Source: Bacilli bacterium (GTDB taxonomy: Bacteria > Bacillota_I > Bacilli_A > RFN20 > CAG-826). From it: 64,000 nt of DNA. The DNA lies in contig JBJEDT010000025.1 of NCBI GenBank assembly GCA_051872335.1, positions 51,365-115,364 on the forward strand. The letters run 5' to 3'. The notes below the pieces were generated by a model. The model was not told where the DNA came from. It did no database searches and saw only the letters and a program-made list of their open reading frames with translations. The translations under genes and the position numbers were made by a program. Positions 45,382 through 56,783 of the stretch are shown piece after piece. The number at the start of each line of letters is the position of its first letter. Position 1 is the stretch's first letter.

Positions 45382-47988
45382 TTAATACATTTTCTTTAGC
45401 ATTACTTTCATATCTTCAACCATTGGTACACGTGGGTTCGCAGGTGAACATTGGTCTTCATATGCTAATGTAGCAATGGCATCGATTTTTTCATTCCATG
45501 CATTTTCTTCAATTCCTAACTCAGAGAACTTTGTTGGTAAATTGATATTTTTAGCTAAGTCTTCACAAGCCTTTGCTAATGATTCAACTCCTTCTTCTGG
45601 AGTATCAGCTTTTAAACCTAAAAGCTTAGCAATTTCTTGATATTTTTTATCAGCACAATAGTGATTATATTTTGGCCATACTGATAATTTTGTAGGTACT
45701 TGACCATTGTATCTAATTACATAAGGTAGGCAGATTGAACATGTAACACCATGGACTGTATGGAATTCTCCACCAATTTTATGAGCTAATGAGTGAGCCA
45801 TACCTAAGAATGCATTAGCAAATGCCATACCTGCAATTGTTGCTGCGTTATGCATTTTCTCACGTGCTTCTAAATCGTTTTTACCATTGTGAACACAACG
45901 AGGCAAATATTCAAATATTAATTTAATTGCTTGTAAAGCAAGGCCATCAGTAAAGTCATTTGCTAAAACTGAAACATAAGCTTCAATAGCATGAGTTAAG
46001 ACATCCATACCTGTCATAGCAGTTGGTACACTTGGTAAATTAGTAGTAAATTCAGGATCAACAATAGCAATTGTTGGAGTTAATGAATAATCAGTTAAAG
46101 GATATTTTTTATTGTTTTGTTTATCTGAAATAACAGCAAATGGAGTAACTTCAGATCCTGTACCAGATGTTGTAGGAATACAAATTAACTTCGATTTCTT
46201 ACCAAGTTCAGGATAGCGGAATGCTCTTTTTCTAATATCCATAAATTTTTGTTTTAAATCATCAAAATTTACTTCTGGATGTTCATAGAATAACCACATA
46301 CCTTTAGCAGCATCCATAGGTGAACCTCCACCAAGAGCAATAATAGTATCAGGTTGGAATGCTTGCATTAATTTTGTACCACGTTTTACTGTTTCAATAT
46401 CTGGATCTGGTTCAACATCACAGAATAATTGAATTTGAACAGGATTTCTTCTTAAATTTAATTGTTCTGTAATTCTACTTACAAAGCCTAAATCAACCAT
46501 TGATCTATCAGTAACTACGAAGACTTTATTTATATCACGAGCAGATTGTAAATATTGAATTGAATTTCTTTCAAAATAAATTTTACTTGGAACTTTAAAC
46601 CATTGCATATTATTTCTTCTTTTACCTACTTTCTTAATGTTTAATAAATTAACGGCACTAACATTTCCACCAACTGAGTTATGTCCATATGATCCACAAC
46701 CTAAAGTAAGCGAAGGTAAGAAAGAATTGTAGACATTTCCAATTCCACCAAATGTAGAAGGTGAATTCCATATAATTCTCATTGCCTTAACTCTATCGCC
46801 AAAGTCATCTGCCATTTTTTGTGTTTTACAGTGAATAGCAGCACTATGACCTAAACCATTAAAATTAACCATTTCCTCAGATAATTTAAAGCCTTCTTCA
46901 GTTGTTTTTGCTTTTAATATTGCTAATACTGGCGAGAGTTTTTCTCTTGTTAATGGTTCTTGAGGACCTACTGATTTACAATCAACTGCAATAATACTTG
47001 TATCTTCATCAATTTTAAAACCAGCTTGTTCAGCAATCCAAGAAGCTTTTTTACCAACAATATCAGGATTTAATTTAGCAAGAGAGGTATCTTTATCTTC
47101 ACTTGTTACACCAAACATATATTTTTCTAATTTTTTCTTTTCTTCTTTAGTAGCAAAATGTACTTTGAATTTTTTAAATAGAGATACTGCTAGATCATAA
47201 ACTTTAGCATCAATAATAGCTGCTTGTTCAGAAGCACAAATCATACCATTATCAAATGATTTAGAAATAACAATATCATTAACTGCTTGTTCAACATCTG
47301 CATCTTCAGCAATAAACGCAGGCACATTACCAGCACCAACACCTAAAGCTGGTTTACCACAACTATATGCTGCTTTAACCATTGCATTGCCACCTGTAGC
47401 TAAAATTGTAGCAACATTAGGATGATTCATTAAAGCATTTGTTGCAGCCATTGAAGGATGTTCAATCCATTGAATACAGTTTTTTGGTGCACCTGCTGCA
47501 ACTGCTGCATCTAAAATAACTTTAGCAGCAGCAACACTACATTTTTGAGCATTTGGATGAAATGCAAAAATAATAGGATTTCTAGTTTTTAAACATATTA
47601 ATGCTTTGAATATTGCTGTTGAAGTTGGATTAGTAACAGGAGTTAATCCAGCAACTATTCCTACAGGTTCAGCAATTTCAGTAATTCCTGTAACTGAATC
47701 TTGTGATATAATTCCGACAGTTTTTAAGTGTCTCATATTATTAACAACGTATTCACATGCAAATAAGTTCTTAGTAGCTTTATCTTCAAAGACACCTCTT
47801 TTTGTTTCTTCAATTGCAAGTGCAGCTAATGAACCATGATTATCAAGTCCAGCAACGCTACACTTAGCAACAATGTAATCAATTTGTTCTTGTGTGAATG
47901 TTTCAAATTCTTTTAAAGCATCCATAGCTTTTTCTACTAATGCATTTACTTCATTAATAGCTTCTAGATTTAAATCTTTTTCTTCCAT
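45382..47988 (-). CDS. adhE: Bifunctional acetaldehyde-CoA/alcohol dehydrogenase AdhE
   Basis: 868 aa. N-terminal ALDH domain and C-terminal Fe-ADH domain (…[10 protein letters not shown]…). Typical AdhE length. Confidence 0.9.
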   Translation of the reverse strand: MEEKDLNLEAINEVNALVEKAMDALKEFETFTQEQIDYIVAKCSVAGLDNHGSLAALAIEETKRGVFEDKATKNLFACEYVVNNMRHLKTVGIISQDSVTGITEIAEPVGIVAGLTPVTNPTSTAIFKALICLKTRNPIIFAFHPNAQKCSVAAAKVILDAAVAAGAPKNCIQWIEHPSMAATNALMNHPNVATILATGGNAMVKAAYSCGKPALGVGAGNVPAFIAEDADVEQAVNDIVISKSFDNGMICASEQAAIIDAKVYDLAVSLFKKFKVHFATKEEKKKLEKYMFGVTSEDKDTSLAKLNPDIVGKKASWIAEQAGFKIDEDTSIIAVDCKSVGPQEPLTREKLSPVLAILKAKTTEEGFKLSEEMVNFNGLGHSAAIHCKTQKMADDFGDRVKAMRIIWNSPSTFGGIGNVYNSFLPSLTLGCGSYGHNSVGGNVSAVNLLNIKKVGKRRNNMQWFKVPSKIYFERNSIQYLQSARDINKVFVVTDRSMVDLGFVSRITEQLNLRRNPVQIQLFCDVEPDPDIETVKRGTKLMQAFQPDTIIALGGGSPMDAAKGMWLFYEHPEVNFDDLKQKFMDIRKRAFRYPELGKKSKLICIPTTSGTGSEVTPFAVISDKQNNKKYPLTDYSLTPTIAIVDPEFTTNLPSVPTAMTGMDVLTHAIEAYVSVLANDFTDGLALQAIKLIFEYLPRCVHNGKNDLEAREKMHNAATIAGMAFANAFLGMAHSLAHKIGGEFHTVHGVTCSICLPYVIRYNGQVPTKLSVWPKYNHYCADKKYQEIAKLLGLKADTPEEGVESLAKACEDLAKNINLPTKFSELGIEENAWNEKIDAIATLAYEDQCSPANPRVPMVEDMKVMLKKMY

Positions 47989-48156
47989 AGTAATTCTCCT
48001 TAGTCAGTATTTGAATACCGATATAATATTATGCATAAATAAATAGAAATGCAATACTTTATCAGTATTTTTTTATTGATAACGCTTTCAATTATATTCT
48101 CCTCATAAAAAATACGTTATCAAATCGATAACGTATTAATTAATAGAATTTTTTTA

Positions 48157-50268
48157 TTAGTCTTCCATATTTTCTTCATATAAGACAACTTTATTTTTAC
48201 CATCTCTTTTTGCTTTATACAAAGCTTTATCAGCATGGAGGTATAAATCATCGTATTTACGTAAATAATGATTAGAAATACAAATTCCTATAGAACATGT
48301 AATATTATAATTTTGGAAAGAAATCTGTTTTACTTTTTCACATATTCTATTAGCTTCCTTAAGAACACCTTCCTCATTTACAACGTTAATGAATAATGCG
48401 ACAAATTCATCTCCACCTAAACGAGCAACAATATGAGGAGGTTTAATTTCTTCTTTTAAGACATTAGCAATTTTACGTAACAAGATATCACCTTGAATAT
48501 GTCCATGAATATCATTTACATTTTTAAAGTCATCTATATCAATAATAAAGAATGCACACTTTCCCTTTTCATTTAATAAAAGATTGATGTGACTTTTAGC
48601 AAATATCTCAAATGAACTACGATTGTTAAGCTCTGTTAATGAGTCTTTATTAGCTTTCTCAAAAATCTCAATTTCTTCTTTTTTCTTTTTATCAATATCA
48701 TTAATAATTACAAAAATATGTACATGATGATCATAAGGATTAACTATTATTGATAATCTAAACAATGCATAATGATATGTTTTATGAGCAACTAATATAC
48801 GAGCTTCAATAGAACGAGTTACATCTTTTTGAATAAAATCAGAAGTTTTAAGATCATTAACAGCATTTAATATCAGTTCTTTATCATCAGGGTGAATTAA
48901 TCCACCAAAGAAATTATTTAGAGATACAAAAGAATTAATTGAAGTTTGGCAAGACTCAAATAAAGGACCAGATTTGGAAATTACTTCACGTTCATCAAGG
49001 TCAATTTCAAATGAGGCAAGTGAATTACTTGTTAAAACTTTTCTTAATTTAATTTCATTGTCAAAATATCGTTTAGCTTTAACAACTTGCGTAGCATCCT
49101 TGCCAACAAAAATAGCACAAATAGGATTCTTATATTCGTCTTTGATGATTTGATACTGTAATTCAGTCCATTTCTCAAGTTCACCTTTATATTTATAAAG
49201 TACAACACCATAGTCTTCAACTTGATTCATTGCATTATAGAAAAACTTTTTTATGTCTTTCAAGTAATCTTCATCTATTTTTTCAAAATTCAAAGTACAT
49301 TCATTTCTATCGTTTACTTGAAGTATTACAAAATTACCATTAAGAATTGATAATTTAGAATCAAAATAGTTATATTCAGCTAAATATACTTTAGCTAATT
49401 CACAACTAATTTTAAATTTATCATTGGCAAACTTAAGTTTTTGTTCAGTTTGTTTAATATTTGTTGTATCTAGAAATAAAAATTGATAAATAGTATTTCC
49501 GGAAACATCTTGTGTTTCATTAACATAACCAACAAGCCATGTTAATGTATTTTTATTATTTAAAAATGATAATTCAAAATTATCGAATGGATTATGTTCT
49601 TCTTGAGTATGAGTCTTTATAATAGATTCTTTTAAAATTTTAATTTTATCACTTGTGAAAAAATTATTTAGTGAGTTATTTTTATTATTTAAAAATTCCC
49701 TACTACTTCTAAAACCAAAAGCATGTGCAGCATATGAGTTAGCATACATTGGAATTAAATCTTCTAAATTATTAAATTGAATTAATCCACACATCAAAGA
49801 AGATGCAGCTTTAACAAAGACTTCTTGACTTTGACTAATAAGATTTTCTTGCTCATGTAACTTTAATTCTTGATTATGTTCAATTGTTTTATCGTAATAT
49901 ACAGATTGAAAATAAAGTTTTCCATTATATGCAACCACTTTACTTATATCGTGTAAATATAAGACACGTCCACTTTTGGAATTCAATTTATATTTAAGTA
50001 ATTTAATATCACCAATTTTTACTTTATTACCATCTAAACTTCTTAAGTTCTTCAAATCTTGTTCTTCATAAAAATCAGTAGCACGATATTCATGCTCTTC
50101 AAAATCTTTACGTGTAATACCTAATAAATCAAGCATTAAATCATTAACGTAAACAAAACGAGGATTTGATTCTAAAGTTGATATTGAAAAAGGTGTTTGC
50201 AAATTATCCAAAACCTCTCTTAAATTATTTATTTCTTCAAACACTGATTGTGTATTTTCATCACTCAT
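48157..50268 (-). CDS. PAS-domain sensor diguanylate cyclase (GGDEF)
   Basis: C-terminal LTELNNRSSFE…FIIDIDDFKNVND…RLGGDEFVALF (intact GGDEF). N-terminal PAS-like repeats. Confidence 0.75.
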   Translation of the reverse strand: MSDENTQSVFEEINNLREVLDNLQTPFSISTLESNPRFVYVNDLMLDLLGITRKDFEEHEYRATDFYEEQDLKNLRSLDGNKVKIGDIKLLKYKLNSKSGRVLYLHDISKVVAYNGKLYFQSVYYDKTIEHNQELKLHEQENLISQSQEVFVKAASSLMCGLIQFNNLEDLIPMYANSYAAHAFGFRSSREFLNNKNNSLNNFFTSDKIKILKESIIKTHTQEEHNPFDNFELSFLNNKNTLTWLVGYVNETQDVSGNTIYQFLFLDTTNIKQTEQKLKFANDKFKISCELAKVYLAEYNYFDSKLSILNGNFVILQVNDRNECTLNFEKIDEDYLKDIKKFFYNAMNQVEDYGVVLYKYKGELEKWTELQYQIIKDEYKNPICAIFVGKDATQVVKAKRYFDNEIKLRKVLTSNSLASFEIDLDEREVISKSGPLFESCQTSINSFVSLNNFFGGLIHPDDKELILNAVNDLKTSDFIQKDVTRSIEARILVAHKTYHYALFRLSIIVNPYDHHVHIFVIINDIDKKKKEEIEIFEKANKDSLTELNNRSSFEIFAKSHINLLLNEKGKCAFFIIDIDDFKNVNDIHGHIQGDILLRKIANVLKEEIKPPHIVARLGGDEFVALFINVVNEEGVLKEANRICEKVKQISFQNYNITCSIGICISNHYLRKYDDLYLHADKALYKAKRDGKNKVVLYEENMED

Positions 50269-50339
50269 AATATATCACCACTCAATTCAAATTCATTTTT
50301 ATTGTCTTTTCAAAACTTATAAAACCAAATATAATATTT

Positions 50340-51074
50340 TTGGTGATATACATGGATATTAAAGCTTATAAAAAACAATTTACATATTCTTATAGTCTAG
50401 GAGCTTTTCCGACAATTGAATTACTTAAATCTAATAAAGTTTGTCTTAAATATATTTTAATACATTCTAGCTTTGAAAATAAAGAGATTTTATCATTAAT
50501 AAACCAATTGGCAGCACAAAATAAAGTAGAAATTATTCATAATGATAAACTTATAAATAAACTTTCACCTAAAGAAAACTGTTTTATCATTGGTGTTTTT
50601 GAAAAATATGAAATGAAGTTAGATGAATCTACTAATCATATTTTATTAGATAATCCATCGGATATGGGAAATTTAGGAACTATAATTCGAACATCTCTAG
50701 GATTTGGAATAAAGAATATTGGTATTATTAAACCAGGAGTAGATATATTTAATCCAAAAGTTATTAGAGCATCTATGGGTGCAATTTTTAATGTCAATAT
50801 TGAATACTTTGCTAGTTACGAGGAATATAAAAATAGATTTAAAAAGCATATTCCTTATTCTTTTATGTTGCAAGCTAAAAATACTTTACAAGATATTAAG
50901 TTTACTAACAATTTATCTACATTAATATTTGGAAATGAAGCAACAGGTCTAGATCAAAAATACCTTACAGAAAATAGTATTATTATTAGCCATACAAAAA
51001 ACATCGATTCCTTGAATCTACCAACTGCTGTAGGTATTGCAATTTATGAATTAACTAAACAACAAAGTATATAA
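50340..51074 (+). CDS. TrmH/SpoU-family RNA 2'-O-methyltransferase
   Basis: SpoU methylase motifs LDNPSDMGNLGTIIRTSLGFG and FGNEATGL. An alternative start at 50352 (MDIKAY) is possible. Confidence 0.7.
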   Translation: MVIYMDIKAYKKQFTYSYSLGAFPTIELLKSNKVCLKYILIHSSFENKEILSLINQLAAQNKVEIIHNDKLINKLSPKENCFIIGVFEKYEMKLDESTNHILLDNPSDMGNLGTIIRTSLGFGIKNIGIIKPGVDIFNPKVIRASMGAIFNVNIEYFASYEEYKNRFKKHIPYSFMLQAKNTLQDIKFTNNLSTLIFGNEATGLDQKYLTENSIIISHTKNIDSLNLPTAVGIAIYELTKQQSI

Positions 51075-51081
51075 CGAAAAA

Positions 51082-52278
51082 CTACTTATTAATAGAATCG
51101 GCAATTACTTTGCTGCATGAAAAACAAAACATTAAATTATTGCCACCACATAAGCCATCTATATTTAATATTTCTCCACCAAAAAATACATTTTTTTCAT
51201 GCAATGATTCTAAACTATTTTTATTAATATTTGATATTTCTAAACCACCAACTGTAACTTGTGAATTATCAAAACTATAGAAATTTTTAAAAGTAAATGT
51301 TAATTTCGAAAGACTTTGATAAATATCTTCTATTGATAATTTTTCGATATCTTTAATTAACAATTCGAAATACTTAACTAATTGATCGTGAAATAAGCCT
51401 GATAACAAAGGCTTTTTATTTTCCATATTAAATTTTAAAACAGTTCTAAATTCATCTAGTGAAATACTATCAACACAATCTAGAACAATTTTAAAAGAAG
51501 TATTATTTTTATTATTTAATATATTTCTAGCAATGATAGAACAAATATTCATTATACAAATTCCAGATAAACCATTATCTTTAAATAAAACTTCTCCAGA
51601 TTCAATATATAAATTCTTATCATTTGAAATTAAAGTAGCTTTACACTTTAATCTTAATCCATTTACAGGAGCTGTTATTTCGTTAGTACATATAGGTGCT
51701 AATCCTGGATAAAGTTTACTTATCTTATATTGATGATTTGATAACATGTTAAAGACATAACCATCAGTTCCCATTTTTGGTGAAGACGCTCCACCTGTGG
51801 TAATTACTAATTTATCAAAAACATCATTATTTAATCGTGGAGCAGTGATTACATTTATTTTATTATCATTAATCTTATAATCAAAGAATGTTGTTTCTAA
51901 AATAAAATGAACTCCTAACTTTTTTGCATAATTAACTAATCCATTAATAAAAGAAGATGCACTTTCAGAAGATGGATAACATAAATCATTTACAATTTTT
52001 GTAGCAAATCCATTTGTTAAAAAGAAATCTCTTTGATCTACTATATTAAATCTATCAAGTAAAGATAATGCAAAATCATCATTATATATTTCATCCTTTG
52101 TTAAATAGTAAGTATTACCAATATTACATTTTCCATTACCAGTAGCGTATAATTTCTTGGCAATTTTATTATTTTTTTCAATAACAAAAACTTCATTATT
52201 ATTTTGTTTTTTATTTAGTTTTAATAATATAGATAATAAAAGTCCAGTGGCTCCAGATCCAATAATACAAATTCTCAT
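51082..52278 (-). CDS. NAD(P)/FAD-binding protein of the HI0933/YhiN (aminoacetone-oxidase-like) family
   Basis: N-terminal Rossmann ICIIGSGATGL and the family length and layout. Confidence 0.55.
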   Translation of the reverse strand: MRICIIGSGATGLLLSILLKLNKKQNNNEVFVIEKNNKIAKKLYATGNGKCNIGNTYYLTKDEIYNDDFALSLLDRFNIVDQRDFFLTNGFATKIVNDLCYPSSESASSFINGLVNYAKKLGVHFILETTFFDYKINDNKINVITAPRLNNDVFDKLVITTGGASSPKMGTDGYVFNMLSNHQYKISKLYPGLAPICTNEITAPVNGLRLKCKATLISNDKNLYIESGEVLFKDNGLSGICIMNICSIIARNILNNKNNTSFKIVLDCVDSISLDEFRTVLKFNMENKKPLLSGLFHDQLVKYFELLIKDIEKLSIEDIYQSLSKLTFTFKNFYSFDNSQVTVGGLEISNINKNSLESLHEKNVFFGGEILNIDGLCGGNNLMFCFSCSKVIADSINK

Positions 52279-52395
52279 ATTGATAACCTCACACTATAAT
52301 ATTTTAAATAATTTGTTAATTAAATGAAATAACATTTAATATGAAAAGTATTTATCTTTTGAACAAAATATAAAAATAAGGAATTGAATAATTCC

Positions 52396-54498
52396 TTATT
52401 TATTATCTTCATCAAAGAATATATGACCTTTACCTAAAGATTTAGATTTATATAATAATTTATCAGCTGTACGTAATGCCTTTTCGTGTGAACTTGATTT
52501 TTTACATCTTGCTACACCTGCTGAAAAACCAATACTAAATTCTTTACCTTGGCGATTATATTTACGAGAAACAAACTCAGTTTTAAACATTTCTAAAACT
52601 TTTTCTAATTCTTCTCTTTCTAGAGTAGAAAGAACAATAAATTCTTCTCCACCAAAGCGAGCAACATTCTCACTTCTAAAATAAACTGTTAATTCGTAAG
52701 CAAAATCTTTTAAAATTTCATCACCAGTTAAATGTCCATAATTATCATTAATAGATTTAAAATTATCAATATCAAAAACAACTAGGTCATAAGAAGAAAC
52801 TTTTTGATTTAATTCTTGAATACGTTTAGCTAAACCATGACGATTATTAACTTGTGTTAAATAATCAATAGTTGCAATATTTACAGCATTACTATATTTT
52901 TCAAGTGTAATTAACATTTTTCTAATGTGATCACATATTAAAGGTAATAATGAATCTTCATCTTCTTTATAAATTAAATCGAAGTTAGAAGTAACCCATA
53001 AAACAGCTAACAATTTATTACTATCATCATAGAATGGAATTAAAGTAGAATTAGTTCCAATCTCACCATCATAATATTTTGCTAATTCACAATTAATAGA
53101 AAGAATATTAATAATTTCATGATTTTTAATGAGGTTATCCATTAATGGTTCGTTAAATTCTTTAAAATCTAAAACAGTATTTTTTCCGTTATGATAAACA
53201 AAAAATTCATATAAATTATCATCATTGTGTGCAAAGAATAGTTCACAAGATGAAGCATCAATTACTTGCTTAATATCTGAAGAAATAATCGATGAAATAT
53301 CAATTGTAGTAGCTAAAGGATTTAACTTATTAAAAATTAAAGTAAGTTGTCTTGCTTTATTATATAAAATTTTGTAAGCTTCCTTATCAAAAGCTTCAGC
53401 TGTTGCTGATAAATCACTATATTGAGAAACAACTTTCAAATATTTAGCTAAAAAAGTTTCACTTTCTTTTTTAGCTTTAAATGCTCTTTCATAATCATTA
53501 ATCGAAGCATAGAATTCACTAATCTTAGAAAGGATTTTAGCTTTGTCACCTAAATAGTTATATATATTATCGTATATATAATCATATGTCTTTTCAGCTT
53601 CATCAATATCTTGAATATATTCATAGTATTTAGCAAAAACAATATAAACAGAAACACGATCATCAATTGAAATATTTGTTAATTGTTTTAATCCTGTTTG
53701 CATTTCATTAAATATTTTTTTAGCTTCAGACTTATCATCGTTAGAAATGTAATAATCTAATAAAAAGCGAGAATAAATACATTTTTTATTTGATTTAAAT
53801 TCTTTATCTTTTTTTAATAATTCAAATGACCATTTATATGCTTCATCATACATATGTTCATTTAAAAGACAATCAACATATAACTCTATTGTAGCTAATG
53901 CTAAATAGTTTGGTAGATAAGCAAGATTATTAATGGATTCTTGTAAATTTTTAATACATAGTTTTGGTAATCCAATAATGTTTAATAAATAAGAAAAATT
54001 ATTTGAGAACGGTGCAATATATTGATATAAATTATATTTTTTAGCAATACCTAAACCTTCACGTGCACATGCGTAAGCTTTTTCAATATCTCCAGTAGAA
54101 TTGTAAGCAATTAAGTAGTTATTTAAAACAGATAAATAACCTCTGGATTTTTCATAGTTATCAATCTTTTTAAATAATTTATCAGCTTCATTATTGTATT
54201 CTAAAGCACGATCTAAATCGTCAACATAGTAATTCCAAAAAAGCATAGCAAAAGAAAAAGCATAGTCTTCACTGTTATTCAATTTCTCAGCCTCATCTCT
54301 AAAAGTGGAAATACATTTCAAATATTCTTTACTATTTGAAATATTATTTAACATTAAAGATACAATAGGCTCACTAGAAATTTTACCAAGACTATAATCA
54401 TGAATTAATAGATCAAATTCCGCTTGAAAATTCATAATAGCACTTCTCCTTTTATTGCATATGTTATTACAATACATTAAATTTTGACAAATTTCCAC
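52396..54498 (-). CDS. TPR-like/GAF-like sensor diguanylate cyclase (GGDEF)
   Basis: C-terminal LTQVNNRHGL…VVFDIDNFKSINDNYGH…RFGGEEFIVL. Confidence 0.7.
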   Translation of the reverse strand: MEICQNLMYCNNICNKRRSAIMNFQAEFDLLIHDYSLGKISSEPIVSLMLNNISNSKEYLKCISTFRDEAEKLNNSEDYAFSFAMLFWNYYVDDLDRALEYNNEADKLFKKIDNYEKSRGYLSVLNNYLIAYNSTGDIEKAYACAREGLGIAKKYNLYQYIAPFSNNFSYLLNIIGLPKLCIKNLQESINNLAYLPNYLALATIELYVDCLLNEHMYDEAYKWSFELLKKDKEFKSNKKCIYSRFLLDYYISNDDKSEAKKIFNEMQTGLKQLTNISIDDRVSVYIVFAKYYEYIQDIDEAEKTYDYIYDNIYNYLGDKAKILSKISEFYASINDYERAFKAKKESETFLAKYLKVVSQYSDLSATAEAFDKEAYKILYNKARQLTLIFNKLNPLATTIDISSIISSDIKQVIDASSCELFFAHNDDNLYEFFVYHNGKNTVLDFKEFNEPLMDNLIKNHEIINILSINCELAKYYDGEIGTNSTLIPFYDDSNKLLAVLWVTSNFDLIYKEDEDSLLPLICDHIRKMLITLEKYSNAVNIATIDYLTQVNNRHGLAKRIQELNQKVSSYDLVVFDIDNFKSINDNYGHLTGDEILKDFAYELTVYFRSENVARFGGEEFIVLSTLEREELEKVLEMFKTEFVSRKYNRQGKEFSIGFSAGVARCKKSSSHEKALRTADKLLYKSKSLGKGHIFFDEDNK

Positions 54499-54565
54499 AA
54501 AAAAACAATTTAATACTGATAAAAATTTGCAAAAAATATACTAAAGTAGACAAAATTATTAAAAC

Positions 54566-55780
54566 TTATAGTAATGTAAACATTGTTAAAATTACTTCAA
54601 CCATCTTTTCCATATCATCTAAATCTGCAAACTCATATGGACCATGGTAGTTTCCACAACCTGTTCCTAGATTTGGACAAACAATACCATTAAAAGATAA
54701 AGTAGCACCATCTGTACCACCTCTTATTGGTTCAAACTTATGTTCAATACCTAATTTTTTTAAAGCTTCAACTGGTAAATCAAGTACTTCTTTATGCTCA
54801 TTAACGATATCTACCATATTAAAATAACTATCTTTTAATGTTGTGACAAAAGTACCTTCACCGTATTTTTTATTCAATTTATTAGTTATATTAATGAAAT
54901 CTTGTTTTTGCTCTTTAAACTTATCCATATCATGATTACGAATAATATATTTTAAAGTAGTCTTAGTAACATCACCTGACATACCATGTAAATGATTAAA
55001 TCCTTCATATCCTTCTGTATTTTCAGGTCGTGCATTTTTTGGTAAAAGTCCATTAAATTCCATAGCTAATAATTGACTATTGACCATAATATTCTTTGCA
55101 CTTCCTGGATGAATAGATACTCCATTTACGATGACTTCGGCTGAAGCAGCATTGAAGTTTTCAAAATTAATAATATTAATATCATCACCATCAAGAGTGT
55201 ATGAATAAAGACTTTTAGTATCTTTTTTAAAATATTCATAATTAAAATGTTCAGTACCTCGACCTACTTCTTCATCAGGAGTAAAAGCAATATTGATAGC
55301 AGGATGTTTAATATTTTTATCTTGATAAAGCATTTCTACAATTTCCATAATAATAGCAATACCAGCTTTATCATCTGCACCTAAAAGAGTAGTACCATCA
55401 GTATGAATAATGCGATGTCCTTTATGATTAACTAATGTTTTTTCATTAATGTACATTTTAAGTTCTTCATTAATTAAAATATTACCTTCTTTATAGTCGA
55501 CAACTTTTGCTTTAACGTCTTTTCCACTTGCATCAGGTGAAGTGTCCATATGAGCAATTAAACCAAGAGTAACATCACTATTAATGTTACTTGGTATTTT
55601 TCCATATACATAACCAAAGTTATCTAAATAAGCATTCTTAACACCATATTTTTTTAGTTCTTTTACTAAATATGCTCCAAGTAATTTTTGTTTTTTTGTA
55701 CTTGGTGAAGATATTGAATCTTCATCTGATTGCGTATCAAATGATACATACTTTAAAAATTTATCTAATATTTTACTCAT
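54566..55780 (-). CDS. pepT: Peptidase T (tripeptide aminopeptidase, M20B)
   Basis: N-terminus LDKFLKYVSFDTQSDE, GLIAHMDTSPD, and the overall PepT length. Confidence 0.8.
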   Translation of the reverse strand: MSKILDKFLKYVSFDTQSDEDSISSPSTKKQKLLGAYLVKELKKYGVKNAYLDNFGYVYGKIPSNINSDVTLGLIAHMDTSPDASGKDVKAKVVDYKEGNILINEELKMYINEKTLVNHKGHRIIHTDGTTLLGADDKAGIAIIMEIVEMLYQDKNIKHPAINIAFTPDEEVGRGTEHFNYEYFKKDTKSLYSYTLDGDDINIINFENFNAASAEVIVNGVSIHPGSAKNIMVNSQLLAMEFNGLLPKNARPENTEGYEGFNHLHGMSGDVTKTTLKYIIRNHDMDKFKEQKQDFINITNKLNKKYGEGTFVTTLKDSYFNMVDIVNEHKEVLDLPVEALKKLGIEHKFEPIRGGTDGATLSFNGIVCPNLGTGCGNYHGPYEFADLDDMEKMVEVILTMFTLL

Positions 55781-56783
55781 ATTTTTCCTCCATTAAATCT
55801 TCTACTCTTTTAATATATTCTTTTTCATCTCTATAAAAAGATTCCCCATGTGTAGCGCCATTAACAACTAACATATCTTTGTAAGTGGAACTACAATCTC
55901 TATATAATGTATCTGTTTCATGTGTACCATTTGTATCAGCTGAGCCAATAATAAATAACATTGGTACATCAGTATTTTTAATACATTCTTCAGGATTAAT
56001 TTCTTTTATACTAAATCCATAATGCTTTTTAGAATATTTATCAGCATAATATAGTGACTTCTCTAATTTCTTTGGATTATTTATACTTCCAACTAAAGAT
56101 TTAGAAATTAATTCTTCTCCACCAATAAAACCTGAATCTACTATAATTCCTTTTACTAATGAATTATTAACTTTATCAGCACACATCATTACTACACATG
56201 CACCTAGAGAAATGCCGTGTAAATAAATCTTATATTTATGTTTAAAATATTCATCAACAAAGTCAATCCAATCTAATAAATCTTTATGTTCATTTACTCC
56301 AAAAGAAATAACTTCTCCTTCACTTTTGTTATGGCCTCTTTGATCAATAATTAATACATTATATCCTTTCTTATAATAGTAATTTGTTAAACATGCAAAT
56401 TCTCTTAATGCATATGAATGACATCCATGAACTAAAATAACTGTTCCTTTAGCTTTTGTTTTTTTATAAAGATAACCAACAAGTTTTAGATTATCAAAGG
56501 AATTGATAGTAACTTCTTCACATTTAATACTTTCTAATTCTTTCAAATTTTCACGCATTTTTAAAATATTACTATACCAAGATGTTCCTATTGGAGCATC
56601 TTTATATGCACCCTCAACATCTGTTCTTTTATATAATTCTTTAATGCACATTCTTCCTTGTATCATTGGATTAATAACATAATTTAATAAACAAATTGTT
56701 CCTACAAATAATAAAACAATAAGAATATAATAAAGAACCTTAATATCAAAAATAGATACCGCTTCATCTAATATAACCATCAC
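55773..56783 (-). CDS. Alpha/beta-hydrolase fold protein (membrane-anchored)
   Basis: N-terminal TM and the nucleophile elbow HGISLGAC. Confidence 0.55.
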   Translation of the reverse strand: MMVILDEAVSIFDIKVLYYILIVLLFVGTICLLNYVINPMIQGRMCIKELYKRTDVEGAYKDAPIGTSWYSNILKMRENLKELESIKCEEVTINSFDNLKLVGYLYKKTKAKGTVILVHGCHSYALREFACLTNYYYKKGYNVLIIDQRGHNKSEGEVISFGVNEHKDLLDWIDFVDEYFKHKYKIYLHGISLGACVVMMCADKVNNSLVKGIIVDSGFIGGEELISKSLVGSINNPKKLEKSLYYADKYSKKHYGFSIKEINPEECIKNTDVPMLFIIGSADTNGTHETDTLYRDCSSTYKDMLVVNGATHGESFYRDEKEYIKRVEDLMEEKYE

